Shown here: positions 49,087 through 62,070 of the stretch, one piece after another | Position numbering within the stretch: the stretch's first letter is position 1 | Layout: each line of letters opens with the position of its first letter | From: Marsupella aquatica | Lineage: Eukaryota > Plantae > Marchantiophyta | Assembly (NCBI GenBank): GCA_973895155.1 | Contig: OZ316896.1 | Location: 4,068,738 to 4,132,737 of the forward strand | DNA: 64,000 nt | Direction: 5' to 3' | Notes under the pieces: generated by a model | Told to the model about the DNA's origin: nothing | Seen by the model: only the letters and a program-made list of their open reading frames with translations | Databases searched by the model: none | Translations under genes and position numbers: made by a program

Positions 49087-50934
49087 TTCTCATGCCATCC
49101 CTTATTCACAAACATATTCTAAATATCAATTGTTTCTGTTATCATACAAATTATGACTTATGGGTGTTTCTCTGGTTTGAGCAGGTCTTTTTCCTTTGTC
49201 CTTCGGTTGCTACTTGTTTGTGGCTGATTGCTCTGTGCAATCTGTCTGAATTTTTTATTTTTTTTAAACACCCTTCCATGTTATCATGTAGGTAAAAATG
49301 AATGTCCCTAATCACATGAGCAAACTAAGGACAGATAACTACATTGACCCAGCCTACAGACGAGCCTGGACTTGTCCAAGGGTGATGGCCAGGCAAGTGA
49401 GTTGACCCATAATAAATTATAGTCCCTCCAGGCGAGTGCATGAGCTCGTTAGTGGACCATCTTGACCAGACCTGACCCACGATAAACAGTCCTGCAAAGA
49501 CCACATATCGTCCCGAAGTAAGTTATGTCGTGGACCACGTGATTCTGCCTGCAAAGTTAGAAGAGGCCGTCCCCTCAACACACTCCTCCCTCTCATCGCT
49601 CCTATTTAGCAGGACTACTACAGTAGCACACAACGGAATCTACTATGTCATTACCAGCTGATTTTTTAGTGGCCCAAATTTGCCAAACTCCGCCTCACTA
49701 AGATGTCTTCCCCACTTTTGTGGAAAATAGGCTAGATTATTGTCTTTGATTGCCACCTAGCAAACACCCCATGAGCCATAGAAGGTATCTTTAAATCTAC
49801 TGTAGGTATAAGCTTAGAAACTAATCTAGTAAATTTAAAGAAACAACAGTACATATCTTCTTCCTGTGACGTTCGCCACCCTGGACGGGGAAAAAGAAAC
49901 CTCAAAAGTAGGTCTGTTTTGGGTACCGCCGCGAATATCTCTCAAAATTTGGAATTGGTCCCATGGAGCTGACCTGTTCCAAGACTAATTTAGATTTAAG
50001 TTAGTGGCACCGCCATAGAAGCGGCGACTACCCCGTAGATACAGTGGAGTTAGTTTGGGGCTGCGCATCCCCCATTCCCGGTAAGCCCCTTCCCGTATGC
50101 TTATCATTCGATAATTTGCACAGGAATACAGGAAGGACAGTACCAAAAGTACGGCCAAGTACCCAATAAAATCTAAAGTACAAGAGAATCTGGGCCCAGA
50201 AGAAATAAAGGACAAACCAGATCACCAGATGTCTACAGTACCACCGTAGTGCCATACTTGTTCGCACAACGCAAGCGCGAATAGTTTTTAGAACAACGCA
50301 AATCTCAAATTTTATACTTTTGATATACATGCTTTTTAATTTTAAAAACAATGCAGAACGGTGCTTTAAAATATCAGTCTCCTAAATTATTTTTCTCATT
50401 TTAGAAAAAATTCATACATTGAAAACAAGTCAATGTTTACATCAAGATACTTAGAGTATTTTGAAATTTACATTGTAGAGTTTTTTAGATTTCCCAATGC
50501 TCTAAAATACTTTGTCACTTAGATAAAAAGTTTCATAAGTATTTGCTTATTGAGTTAACCAAGATACCACTACAACACTTGCGAGAGTTTTTGAGTGCTG
50601 ACACCTCTTATGGATGTAGAGTCTTTTCATTCTAAATGCAAAATCAGTAAGTTCAAACCCAAAGCCTGGCAAAGGGTCCTGTTCTTCCCTTTGTTTCCAG
50701 CCATTTTGCCCTTTTTTTCATTTTTGCTTAGTGAAAGGGGCTTTCACTACACAAGAAGAATAAATGTGCAAGCAGTCCATATTAAGGGTTTATGCACACA
50801 GTTTATGCGTAACCTTGCAATTCCTTTGACTAAATTACTGATAAATGATGTCAATTTTATTCAGAGTAAACTTTGCACTGTTGGGTAGGGGCATTATGTT
50901 TTGAGCTATTTCACAAGAATGTCTAGTGACATAG

Positions 50935-51091
50935 ACCGCGTGTTAAATCTACGTCAAGTTAATGCGATCCGTACACCAAAACATAAACAAATACTGACAC
51001 TATATGTATGATCTACAAATCAAGTGATTTCAACTACATGTGTCTTGGTTTATGTTCTGGATGTACATTTGACGTAGATTTAATGTGCGGT
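50935..51091. mobile_element. Mutator-like MITE (157 bp) with 9-bp TSD
   Basis: TSD GTGACATAG at 50926-50934 and 51092-51100. TIRs ACCGCGTGTTAAATCTACGTCAA / TTGACGTAGATTTAATGTGCGGT extend imperfectly inward. Confidence 0.85.
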
Positions 51092-54000
51092 GTGACATAG
51101 GGCCCATTGCACGTGAGGCAGTGTGGCTCTTATTGATAATCATGTACAAACTCCAATTTATTGATGTAACTCTTACAAACTCTGTGGTAAATTTTGGGCA
51201 ACTGTGGCAAAATGTATTTCCTTACCTATGGTAAATCATTCAACTGTGGTTTTCACCTTGTGGATGTCCTGTTTTCAGGATAGAATCTGAAGAGCGACAA
51301 GCTGAATGGCTTTTCCCCTCTTTCCCTCCCCTTAGTTGGGTTGCTTTGCCTTTGGGATCATGTCTCCTGGTTAGGCATTTTTGACCCTTGGGCACTGTGA
51401 TATATACTTTTGTCAGACCTACTGGTTTCTATGGCAGGAAGTCTAATTTCTATCTTCCATTTTTTAATAAGAGTGCTTGTTTTCAGCTTTTCTCCACAAT
51501 TAAAAACGTTTGAGGCTGTTGTCTAGTTTGGATTTGTTGTCCTTGCCGATTTCCATCGTTTCTCAAAATTTCAAAGATGACATGAATTGGGACGTTTAGG
51601 GAGAACAGTTAGTTTGGGTAAAACCCTAAACAAACTCCTAGATCGAAGACAATTTTGGACACCACACATGGAACAGAAATAAGCTACAGTCTGTCATATT
51701 GCTAAAAGTGGCCAAGTGAGGTGGGTAGTGAGGTGGGAAGTGAGGTGGAACCTAACGAATATTTACCACTGAAAAGAAGATGCCCACAATCCAACATCAA
51801 CAGGGATGCAATTATTGCTGTCAATAATAATTGGGAGACCAACCTTTGGTACGGGTCGCCAATGCCCCTATTTGTAGGACAATGTTTTCCCCACGCATTA
51901 ATGAAAAAGTCAGAGCCCACAATGTTGGACTTTGGTGTTCACTAGTCTTTTTAAACATTTCTTCATTCTTTGCAGAGGGGGATGGGGGAGCCTATTTTTT
52001 AAGGATTTCACTTTTTAGCCAGAGTGACGAATGTAAAGTATGTGAAGGAGAAGATGCTTAAAAGATTCTTTATTCATTTATTTTACTGACCATCAGATCT
52101 CCCTAGATTTAAGGCTGACCGTTAGATTATGACTATTGGGGCCTGAGAATAGATGGAACACTAGCTAAAGAGACAACAAAATAGTAGCTAATTTTAGCCA
52201 AAAGTGGCCAAATGTTTTTGGGGAGGTGGAATCTAGCAAATTTTCGCCACTACAAAAAACACTGGGATGGGACCATCTCTAGGTGAAGTGTTTTCCCCAT
52301 GTATTGATATAAAAGTCAGAGCCCACAGTGTACAGTAGGACTATTGGGGGCTAAATAATGTTTTTTTTCTCTTTCTTTCGTTTTTGGCACGGCTTGGGGG
52401 TTGAGGATGGGGGAAACAATGCCTGGCAACCAGACTTGTCTTTAGGGCGAGGGAAAAAACCCATCTTTATAACTAAACAAGGAAAAACTAAGAAACCAAG
52501 TACTGGAAAGGGTGCATGTGATCACTAAAAACCAGGGCGGGAAAGGAAAGGAGCTTCGGTTTAGTACCTAAATTTAGGTGAGTTTTTTTTTTAAATAAAA
52601 ATAAAAATTGGTGAGCTTTGACAAGTCATATGTGAGGAATTGGGTCTGTGCAACCACAGAGTTTAGGGCAAGGCAAATCCGGAGGAAAGTGGGAAGTAAC
52701 TGCAGCCATCAGGGAATACACTGGCTTGCGAGAATGGGGTCCCAACAAGTCCCTCTCGTCACTTTTTTTCCTGCTGAGGCCCATCAAATCTTTCATTCCA
52801 TGATCCTTGCATTGGAAATTGATTCCTTGGAGTGTGAAAGTTCAGGCAATGATAATAATATCATTGATTTGCAACTCAAATTTGATCCCAAAGTGCTTAC
52901 TTAGTATTAGATGCCTGTCCGTTTGGGACCCTTTAAAGTCTTTGCAAGTACTAAAACAAATCAAGCTTATAAAGTCAAATTAGACAACAGAATAGTTTTG
53001 TCCATCTTATCAACTTTACTGTGAAAATTTCCTTCAGTGTGATCAAACTCATGGTCAGGGAATCCTCCTAACCCTAAACCCTCAACCATGCTTTTCAGTT
53101 TGCCACTTCGTAAGGTTGTTGGCTTTTTCTTTTTTGTTTGTTGTTGTGGTGGACTTTCATTGGGACTCTGGAGAATTTTGGCTCATTGGTCTTACTGGGG
53201 TTTTTCTTCATTTCCTCCCCCTTTACGTACTGGGTCTTCTGCTGTGCAGTTAAGTGTCGCCCAGTTAAGGGCCCTACTTTTTTTTTGCAGTTTCTCTGAC
53301 CTTCCTTTCTAACAATACAAACTGATGGTCAAAATCTCCAACATTTTATATTCCTAAGTGTACCTCACACCACTACAATGTCATCCAGGCAGATTGCATG
53401 CAAACTCTAACAAAAAGATAATGAGCCTCCCACTAGTCTCCAACTATGATAGATTCCCCCAAACCTCATCACCAACATAAGTCGTTGTGACAGAATGTGA
53501 AACAATGAACATTTGGACCAATTCTATGAGGACAATTCAATAAAGAACATCTGAACTCAGAAGACATTACACATATTGTCTTCATATCATTTTTTGTAGG
53601 GACCGGCCCTAAACCATGGTTTGGTCTAGTTGCTTGCACTCACAAACAGGTTCAAGTAGACTACAATTGCAATACATGGCTATATATGACATGAACTGGG
53701 CTCATGTTCTCATATGCCATATTACACAATATAATGCCCTATACAAGAACATTTCACAAGAAACTATCAAAGGGGGTCGATTGGGGCATATCTGAACATA
53801 GGAGGTCAATTAAGTAGGAAACACTCCAGAGGAGGTTGATTAAGCATATACTTCTTTCTTCACATGCAAAAAATTATACTTTGGTGGGACCCTAGAGTCA
53901 GAGTCTAGAGGCTTCACTCTATCAGCCTAGACCCTGAATCTAGCTTCCCCTTCGTGCTTTATAAATAAGATTGGATTAAGATACTCACATATATCCAGAT

Positions 54001-54174
54001 TCTTCCAACAGTTTAAAGCCATTGACTCACTAAGTACTACAACTTGACCATAACTAATACGAATACTACAACTTGACTAGTTACCAGCTGGGATGCATCT
54101 AGGCTAGATTGTGAACGGAGAAGATGAGACACGATTATATACAATTTTCAGGAGAGATTTGCTTGGTGGGACCC

Positions 54175-54287
54175 CAAATGGAAATGTTTTACTTGATAGG
54201 ATCCTTGAAAGTTTGGGTCCGTCTATTCAAGGTAAATAAACGGTGTGGATTACTCAGGGGTCCTATCAAGTAAAACATTTCCATTTG
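54175..54287 (+). ncRNA. Long fold-back, candidate pre-miRNA or MITE-derived hairpin
   Basis: Perfect 27-bp arms at 54175-54201 and 54261-54287, extended by G-U pairs on the plus strand and an inner CCGT.TATT/AATA.ACGG stem. Confidence 0.4.
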
Positions 54288-54586
54288 AAGTGAATGATTG
54301 ATGAGGTCCCCCCTTTGAATAGGTCTGCGCACTTCAATGGAGCCACACCAAAAGGAAATCTTGAGCAGCCATGGATTTAGTCTAAATCAACTCTGCGTTT
54401 AGAAGTATCCACAATGCTAAAACTAGCTGAGTTGATTGGCCGCACTGCAGCTCGGGTTCTCCACCTAGCACAGGTCCGTGAAGGCTTGTATGGATGATTG
54501 GAATTTATGGCATCTAGGCTATATAGCACTGGACCTGACATTTTCTTACTGTACCACTGGACCTGACAATTTCGTATCTTACTACT

Positions 54587-54818
54587 ACTCAGATATATGG
54601 ATATTTTTCAAGTCATTAGAACTTGGGCCTAAACATGTGTATGGAATATTGGATACTGACCCCGATGATTGGATCTGGTACAGAGTGCTGATGATACGTC
54701 GACTCAGATATATGGGTATTTTTTTCATGTCGTTAGAACTTGGGCCTAAACATGTGTATGGAATATTAGGTACTGACCGTGATGATTGGCTCTGGTACAG
54801 AGTGCTGATGCTACGTCG
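54587..54818. repeat. ~115-bp tandem duplication
   Basis: ACTCAGATATATGG...TTAGAACTTGGGCCTAAACATGTGTATGGAATATT...TCTGGTACAGAGTGCTGATG.TACGTCG occurs twice. Confidence 0.9.
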
Positions 54819-57329
54819 GTTGTCTCTTCTGCCACTGACGAGACCTTTGGTTTTGGAAGGTTTTTAGTTCACCTCCAGTCCTCCATTAATAAGGAAACTT
54901 CTAGTGTACTGTCGCTAAAAAGTTGTAACATCCGGTAGATTCTAGAAGTGAATATCGTATGAATAAGTACCGTGAAACGGTAAGCTTACCTCCTTGTAGA
55001 TAAGTCACACTGGAAGTTAGTGCTGAGGGAAGAGGCAAGGCAAACAACGTCACTCCACTGTTGGTCAGTTGCAGAAAGGTAATGCCTGCGTTCTCTCAAT
55101 CGATCAGTTCTGGTTACAGTATCACGTCATGTTGAGCCCTCTTTCCGCCCCTATTGTTTGTTGCTCTTAATACTTGCTCCCTGCTCTGTCACTGCAGGAT
55201 CTCATCTGTCATAATTGGATGTATTCAGGTCATAACGTCACAAACTTGTCTAGGAAATCTCCACCAGAAGGGTCCACAGGAACCTTTCGCTCCTGAATGG
55301 TTTCGCTTCTGAAGTTTTCTGTGCTTGTCTTCCTCAATCAATACGCAATCTGAGTTTGGGATGGGCTGTTTCGACCTGGTCCAATGTAAAGGAATCCACG
55401 ACGTTGATTTTACTGGAGAGCCTTCAAGATCCAGGAAGATTGCTTCATACATAAAGGGAATGATGAATGACGAGAAGTTTTTGGAATATACCCAAAAACA
55501 TCACATACTGAGAAATGAGAAGTGCCCCTTGTGCAGGTTTGTGGACTGAGAAATGTGTTTTGATGGAAATGAATTCAGTCATGGAGAAATATTTTTCAGT
55601 GGCTCAGTTACTGTCTATGAGTTTATTTGCTTGGTCCTTGAGCCTAGGGGAAAACATCCCTGGTGTCAGTTTCTAAGATTTGCAGCAAGAGAGCTTACTG
55701 GCTGACCTGGTTGTCAAAGCTCTCTTCAAGACTGTTCGTTCCCAGACGAAAAGCCAATACTCCATGGCGGCGGTTTTTTCTAAAGGAATCAGGGAGGACT
55801 GGCGACTGGAGGGAACATCATGGAATGACTGGCAACCCCTCGCCGGTTAGGAACAGATGGCAATTCAGAAATGAGACATGGAAGAAGATTTGGCCAGTTT
55901 GAAAGAGCCAGTGAAAAGGGACAGGTGAGTTGAGGCGTGACAATCAGATTATGGAGTTGATAAGGAAACATGCAGAAAGAAGCAAAGTGAGTTCTCTGGA
56001 GCGGAATTGAACCCTTCAATGAGTCCAACAGACACATGCTGAGGAATTCAATTACAGAAGGGGGCACAGAGGCCTTTGATTAGCCATTTCCCCAAGTTGC
56101 TGGTGAGAAATTGCATGCAACATGCATGAGGAGGAGGTGGCGAGATAGGAAAATGTTAAAGGTGAGGAGAGTGGCGAATTTCCTGCAGGGGCCGGTGGAA
56201 AGACTTTTCGGACCTCAGGAGTGGTGTAGAGTTGCCACCAGATTGATGTCCAATTTTGCTAATTTTTTTGCAAAATTTCCATTTTTGCCTTTGTTAAAGG
56301 AGCCAGCAATATTTTGAGGGTAGAATTTTGGCGAAAATTACCCATTTATGTAAGAAAAAACTGCTCAACGGACAGTACTGGATCACAAGTCTCTTTTCTA
56401 TTTTTAGTGGGTCACAGCTATTGATCTTGACCTTGGAACATCTCAGTTACTGTTAGTTTAATTTGTTTAGCACTAGGCAAGTCCACCAAGAACAGTTTAT
56501 GGCCGTATCGTATCTCACTCTTGTCTTCTTTCCTAACACAAATATTCTTATCTTGGGATCTTACAAGATCTTTTCTTATCTCTGCTTATTAAGGAAGTCA
56601 GCTTAATAAAGAGGTATTTCGTCTCACTTGATATATGAGTAGAATAAAAGAGAGGTGATTTCTTACTAATTGTCACACTGACCTCCGATTTACCTATAAT
56701 TCGAGTCTAATTCTAGTTTACTAGTTTACCTATAATTCGAGGCTAATTCTAGTTTATAATCAGCTCCTCTTATTTGTTTGTCTTTCTCTGATTCAAGTCC
56801 CAATCCTAGTCAATCCTTTCTTTGGAATACGAAAAAACCTCGAAGCTACAAACTGAAAGGATATTTCACGAGATCCCCCTTTACCGTTAATGAGTACTAT
56901 ATGACCACAAACTAAAAGTGATGTCCAGCTCAATTTTAAAGTAGAAAAATTGGCCACAAATTTGACACAAACTTTGCTTTGAAAATTAATAATATTTTCA
57001 ATTTCATTTTCCTGGAAGCCCGACTGGAAGTTGATAAGTGACACACGACAACTAACTTTATAAATTAAATAGTTTAAAATGAACAAACAAACTCTTTCAA
57101 ACATGGTCCACTGATCGAAAAAACAAACATAAGTTAAAACGCAAGTTACTTGATTCCTTATGAGTCTAGTTCGTTAGTATTTTTTACCGTTAACAAAAAT
57201 GTTTTGAGATTTGGAATGCTGCTCAAAGCTGAAAATTGGAGGGATTTGCTTGGTGGGACCCCAGCTCATGTTGGTCATAAGAAGAATTTCAGGCCGCCCA
57301 CCAGACAATTCTAGGTCATGCTAGCAATC

Positions 57330-58130
57330 TAATGCACTGATCATACGTGAATACGATTCTTGCATTTTCTATTCGGTTGTAGAAATTTGGGGTTTGCATC
57401 AGGGTAGCTCCGCAAAGTCTAAGCACATTGCAGATCCAGCTTTGGCTGCTAAAACCTAGGAATCTGGATCAAAGAGAAATTTTGAGGATTTTATGCTTAG
57501 GTGAGGAGCTTTTGACTACTTCTTTCTCCAGAGTCAATTCCGAAAAATGGCAGGTAAAATTTCTTTTTTCTCGTAGATCTGTTTTTGAGGAAGTAGCTCG
57601 AACTGATAAAAGAATTCCAGTTGGCAATGCCGGAGTTGGTGCCAGCCCAGAACATGAATGTTCAAGGCTACTAGTCCGCAAAGTTACTTCTTAGCAAAAC
57701 CATGGCAGCCAAAAACACAGTCTGCCTTGGACCCGCTCTTGAAACCATCACCAGCTTGTCCACGTATGATATTTGTCAATTCAAAGCTTCAACAGCTTCA
57801 GGAAAGTTCTTATCAGTTCTTTTGGCGACACCACTAATTGACCGCCCGTCCAACAGGCTGAGTAGCAAATCAATGTGGTAGTGATTGCCGTCTTGGCCCA
57901 CCCTACCATTTGTTTTCCAATTATTAGGACCTCAAGCTGTGTCCTAACGGCATACTCCATCCAGAAGCAGGTCAGAAACAAAGACTTTGGAATGAAGCTG
58001 GCTGTTTTTCTGCAAAAGCTGCAGTCTATGGGAAATCATAGCTGTTCTATTCGAACGACCTTTGAAGTAGCATCTTCAAACGCACCAGACAAGTTAAAAA
58101 GTACTGTCTGAAGCACCGGTTGAAAAGTTG
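57330..58130 (-). mobile_element. Degenerate L1-like LINE ORF2 fragment (post-RT region)
   Basis: IGKQMVGWAKTAITTTLICYSACW...KLLKLELTNIIRGQAGDGFKSGSK...AKK*LCGLVALNI follows the L1 pattern GRxxLxxxVLxxxPxY.MS.W...R.FLWG...K...W...PK..GGLG. Confidence 0.5.
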
Positions 58131-58480
58131 TGCAGGATTCCAAGTTCTGTTTTGATGTAGTACCCTAAACAACAACCCTAAACCTCCCTACAGGTTCTGC
58201 TTCGGGACCCTCTTTTGCAGTTTACTCGGAGCTCTACCAGGCTTGTCAGTTCTCCATTCAGTAGGGTATTTTTTTGTCTTTGTTCCATAGTCTGTTTTTG
58301 GTTGGAGACCCTTTCCCCTCTTTTCCTCCCCTTCTTTGGGTTGTTTTGCCTTTGGATCATGTCTCCTGGTTTGGCATTTTTTGCCCTTAGGCACTGTGAT
58401 ATTTGAATGACTTGAGAAGCATCCCACATTCCTAATTCCCACTGGTGAAGGAGAGCATGCTCTAGGTGCCCTGTTGCCCA

Positions 58481-58717
58481 CTATTGGACAATGGTAAATA
58501 AGAAAGGAAGGTGGTCGATAAATTGGGTGATGCACAGAAGTAGTACTATGAAGTATGACAGGATTGTGAAAAGCCTTAGGACAACCTTTCCGCCAGCCTC
58601 CCATCCAAACTTACAGTGAATGTCCATACTCAACAAAGTTCCATAGTCGGGTGTTGGGAGCAACTTTGAAACCCTTGACCTCCAGAACTCTTGCCAAGTC
58701 CTTTTCCAGTCAGCCAA
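58481..58717 (-). mobile_element. Degenerate LINE zf-RVT-region fragment
   Basis: DWKRTWQEFWRSRVSKL resembles the W..W..IW...V..K motif at the start of the L1 zf-RVT domain. Confidence 0.35.
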
Positions 58718-60824
58718 TGGGCAGTATGGTGTTATATGTAGTTACACGAACATATTACTGATTCCCGGACTGATGACCGGGCAATAACTACCAACAAGCC
58801 TGATTACCTGTTCCTTGAACATAAATAGAGATGAAGACCAAAAACAATATTGCAAAAAAAGAATTCTATGTTATCTACCATTTATATTTAATTGTCACAT
58901 CCCCATTTTTTGTTCACCCTCACTTTGTCCTTATTTAGAGTTCAATTTTGTCCTTATTTTGAGTGCAGCTTTGTCTTTGTATGGAGTTACATTCTAGAGT
59001 CTTCACTCTAGACCCTAGCCCTTAAAAGTAGCTTATATTCTTGATTTATTGGGAGTAAGATGAGTGGGACCAGATATATACAATGACAAGCCAGATTGTA
59101 TTTTAATAATTCTTTAAATTAAAGTACAGAGCCATACCAGGATAGGACTACTAACCCCACTGTTGTGCAATCTACATTTGAAATAGGTTGACATGTGGCA
59201 TACATAGAAAGCCTGATTTTTATACAAAGTGCAATTGGGGACACATTTGAGTTCAAAGGCTCGGATGGAGATCCCATGAGAGCCTATATGGTGATGGTGC
59301 AGCAGATGTATTCCAAAGAGCACGGTGGCAAAGAGTAGTAGGGCACCGAACTCATACTCCAATTCTACCCCAGTATTAGTTGTGCCCCGAGAGTCAGTCT
59401 TCACTCTAGACTGTAGGCCTTTAATTACCCTAGTTTTAGTTTTGCACTTTATTGGATAGATGCGGGCAATTGGGCCCTTTTTCATTGTCTTCAGACTCTG
59501 GAAAACCACTCAATTTCCCTCCTACGCCCTTGGTGCAATCTCCATGATTGAAGCCTGAGTGGATAAACCTCCAAATTTGCCAAAATGCTCAGTTAGACTT
59601 CTGCAACCCAAATGGACTGCAGCAAAACCCTCTTTTCTGCTCATATAGTACATATAATTACTCTAATACCAATGAGTAAAATGTGACAGGAAAATAAGAC
59701 AGTCATCTTTGGAAATTTGTAGGTATCTCTAAATTTGACGATGTTAGGCTGATTGACAAGATCTTTCCTAACAGTTGTAACAAATCCATGAAATAAGATT
59801 CCATTGGATGTTGAGGGAGATACTGAATGTCAAAGTTAAATAATTGCTAAACTCCTTTTTGAAAAATGCAAATTGTGGTCAGTAAGTGATGGGGTGATTT
59901 TAGAACCTTGTAACTTGTCTAGGAGTGTCCCAAATGTTGACAATGAATGTCGATCATGGATATGGCTGCGGCTTTCCCCTTTAGGCCCCAGATTTGTTTC
60001 TCACCTACCTGCGCCTTAAAGACTTTCTTGAAAGGACTTTCTTGAAACACAAGACTTCAGCAAGCCAGGGGACAACTTTTTTCTCCTCATCTTTAAGTTG
60101 ATTTTCTCCTCCACTCTATTTACTAAATATCAGGCTAGTCACTGTAGTCGGAGGAATGCGTCCAGCCTTACAAAACATCACATAACAGATGATCGTAATA
60201 TTTCATTCATTCTCGGGGTCTGGCTTCTAAAATCTCTCCTATCAAATGCTAAGGTCAAATTATTACAAAGAATGTATATGGAAGCAAGGACTCAAAAATT
60301 CAAGAATATCACAAAAAAGTCATCATATGACAACTTTCTGTACCACTAATTTTTCAGTTGATAAGGGTATCTAAAATAGTACAAGCCGTCACAGGTGATT
60401 CAGTGTGGATTCAAATAGTGAGACCTCCTAGTCTTCATTGCTCTCCAGGGACAATGCAAAAGCCGGGTACTGTCCTTTCGCAAATACAGGGCGCAAACCA
60501 TGAATGGAAGTCTCTCTCAGTAATACCACATATCTACACAAGTGATGTTCTTCATTCAAACGCTTGAAAGTAACCACTTTGGAGGTACGATTGGACTCAT
60601 CAACTGGCTATTGACGTGCTAAATATCGATGCACATGCATGATAGCACTTCCGTTACACTGGTGCATATGAATGTTTTTGTTAAAAGAAAAGCACCCAGT
60701 GCTCTTGGTCAAGTACAAAGCACATTACCACATTTACAGACTACAGCGTCAAACTTCAACTCTAGTCCAAGAATGAAGTTTACATGACTGTACGTTATAA
60801 CTACAACCCAAACAGTCGAGAATC

Positions 60825-62070
60825 TCACCCAAAGTTTGTGAGCACCTTGCTAGTGACATGCTCACCGTAATAGACAGCATCATATTATGACTTTCCCCCT
60901 GTTCTTACTGTACACATCTCCAGCGGTTCAACGGCAGCTTCAAAATTGGGCTGCAACGAAAAGACGAGAGTGCATCATCAATTCCAAGTTTAGGTCCATT
61001 CATTCAAAACATATGGCCAAGTAAAGAGCTCACGCGACCACGAAGCGAAATGTCGCCATGGATGGAATACACAACACTAAAAAGATTGTCCACCATCAAG
61101 ATGCAGATTGAGCCACGCCGGGCCAAATACAAATGTCTTCTAGATGCAAAGATCTAGAAGACACACAGAAATGGAAGTAAAAAGTTGTAATGAGCTCCTC
61201 TCTTGGCAACCTTCTCCGTGCAAAATCATACCTCGTAGAAGAAGGGTACAGATACTCTGTACTTGGACTCATTGTTAAGCACTCGATGGATCGTAGGTTG
61301 GTAAATTCCATTGCTCCAAATCTGGGGACATCATATATTAGCACTATTAGAACTGTACGAGACTCGCGAGCTGTGGCTCTCGGTGAATTGAACTCTTGAC
61401 GTGGGAACTGATCGAGATCTCTTTTGAAATTCTTCCCATCTATCTGTTGACACAAATATATAGATAGAAGCGAGAGCCAGAATATATCACAATACACATT
61501 TGCGAAGTTCTGTATTTGATACTTGAGTAATTCCCAGGTTAAAGCGAGCGAAAAGTTCGTCTCAAGAGCACCATCTTCGCTATACACCATAGGACTGACG
61601 AATTGAATGGGAAAAGAAAAATTGTCAAACTCCCGTCTTTAGAGTTACGAGTTAAAGACCCTAACCATCTATTTCTACTGCCACATGACTCTGGTGTTGA
61701 TGACTAATGCAGAATTTTGAGTAAGAACTCTGTACAAGAATATTACCTTCAACATGTGACCAATATTGACCACAAACGTTCTTCGAATGGGGTCGGCCCA
61801 AATCCATTCTCCAGCCTGATTATTCACCTGCGTACAAGAGGCAGCACGCTTTCCTTTCTTGGTTTCTGGTCTATGAACATCATGAGCAGACTTCTATGGA
61901 ACGTACATTGGAAAATTAGTGAAAACCATAAACATCATGAGCACACTTCTGTGGTGTATTGGAAAATTAGTGAAAATCACTGAAAGTTTGACAACTTGTT
62001 CGTCTAAATTATACGTGGAGAACCTGGAGGGCCTTTACGCTGTCATCTTAGTTGACAAGAGTGAGTAAAC
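60825..62070 (-). pseudogene. 2-oxoglutarate/Fe(II)-dependent dioxygenase pseudogene (DIN11/2-ODD-C23-like), last four exons
   Basis: GT-AG exons: 62070-62024 (GLLTLVN*DDSVKALQ), 61827-61747 (GEWIWADPIRRTFVVNIGHMLK), 61321-61232 ([30 protein letters not shown]), 60950-60825 (PNFEAAVEPL...S*YDAVYYGEHVTSKVLTNFG*). In-frame TAA stops at 62048-62050 and 60885-60887; the HxD exon is not intact. Confidence 0.88.

Noticed and set aside
49985-50035. Possible Helitron 3' hairpin on the minus strand
   Set aside because: The hairpin is imperfect, lacks a CTRR end, and no 5' TC terminus was identified.
54478-54867. 129-aa ORF with internal repeat
   Set aside because: Explained by the ~115-bp tandem duplication; no ATG-led start and no recognisable motif.
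61096-61590. 164-aa ORF
   Set aside because: Mostly intron; the true dioxygenase exon inside it is in a different frame.
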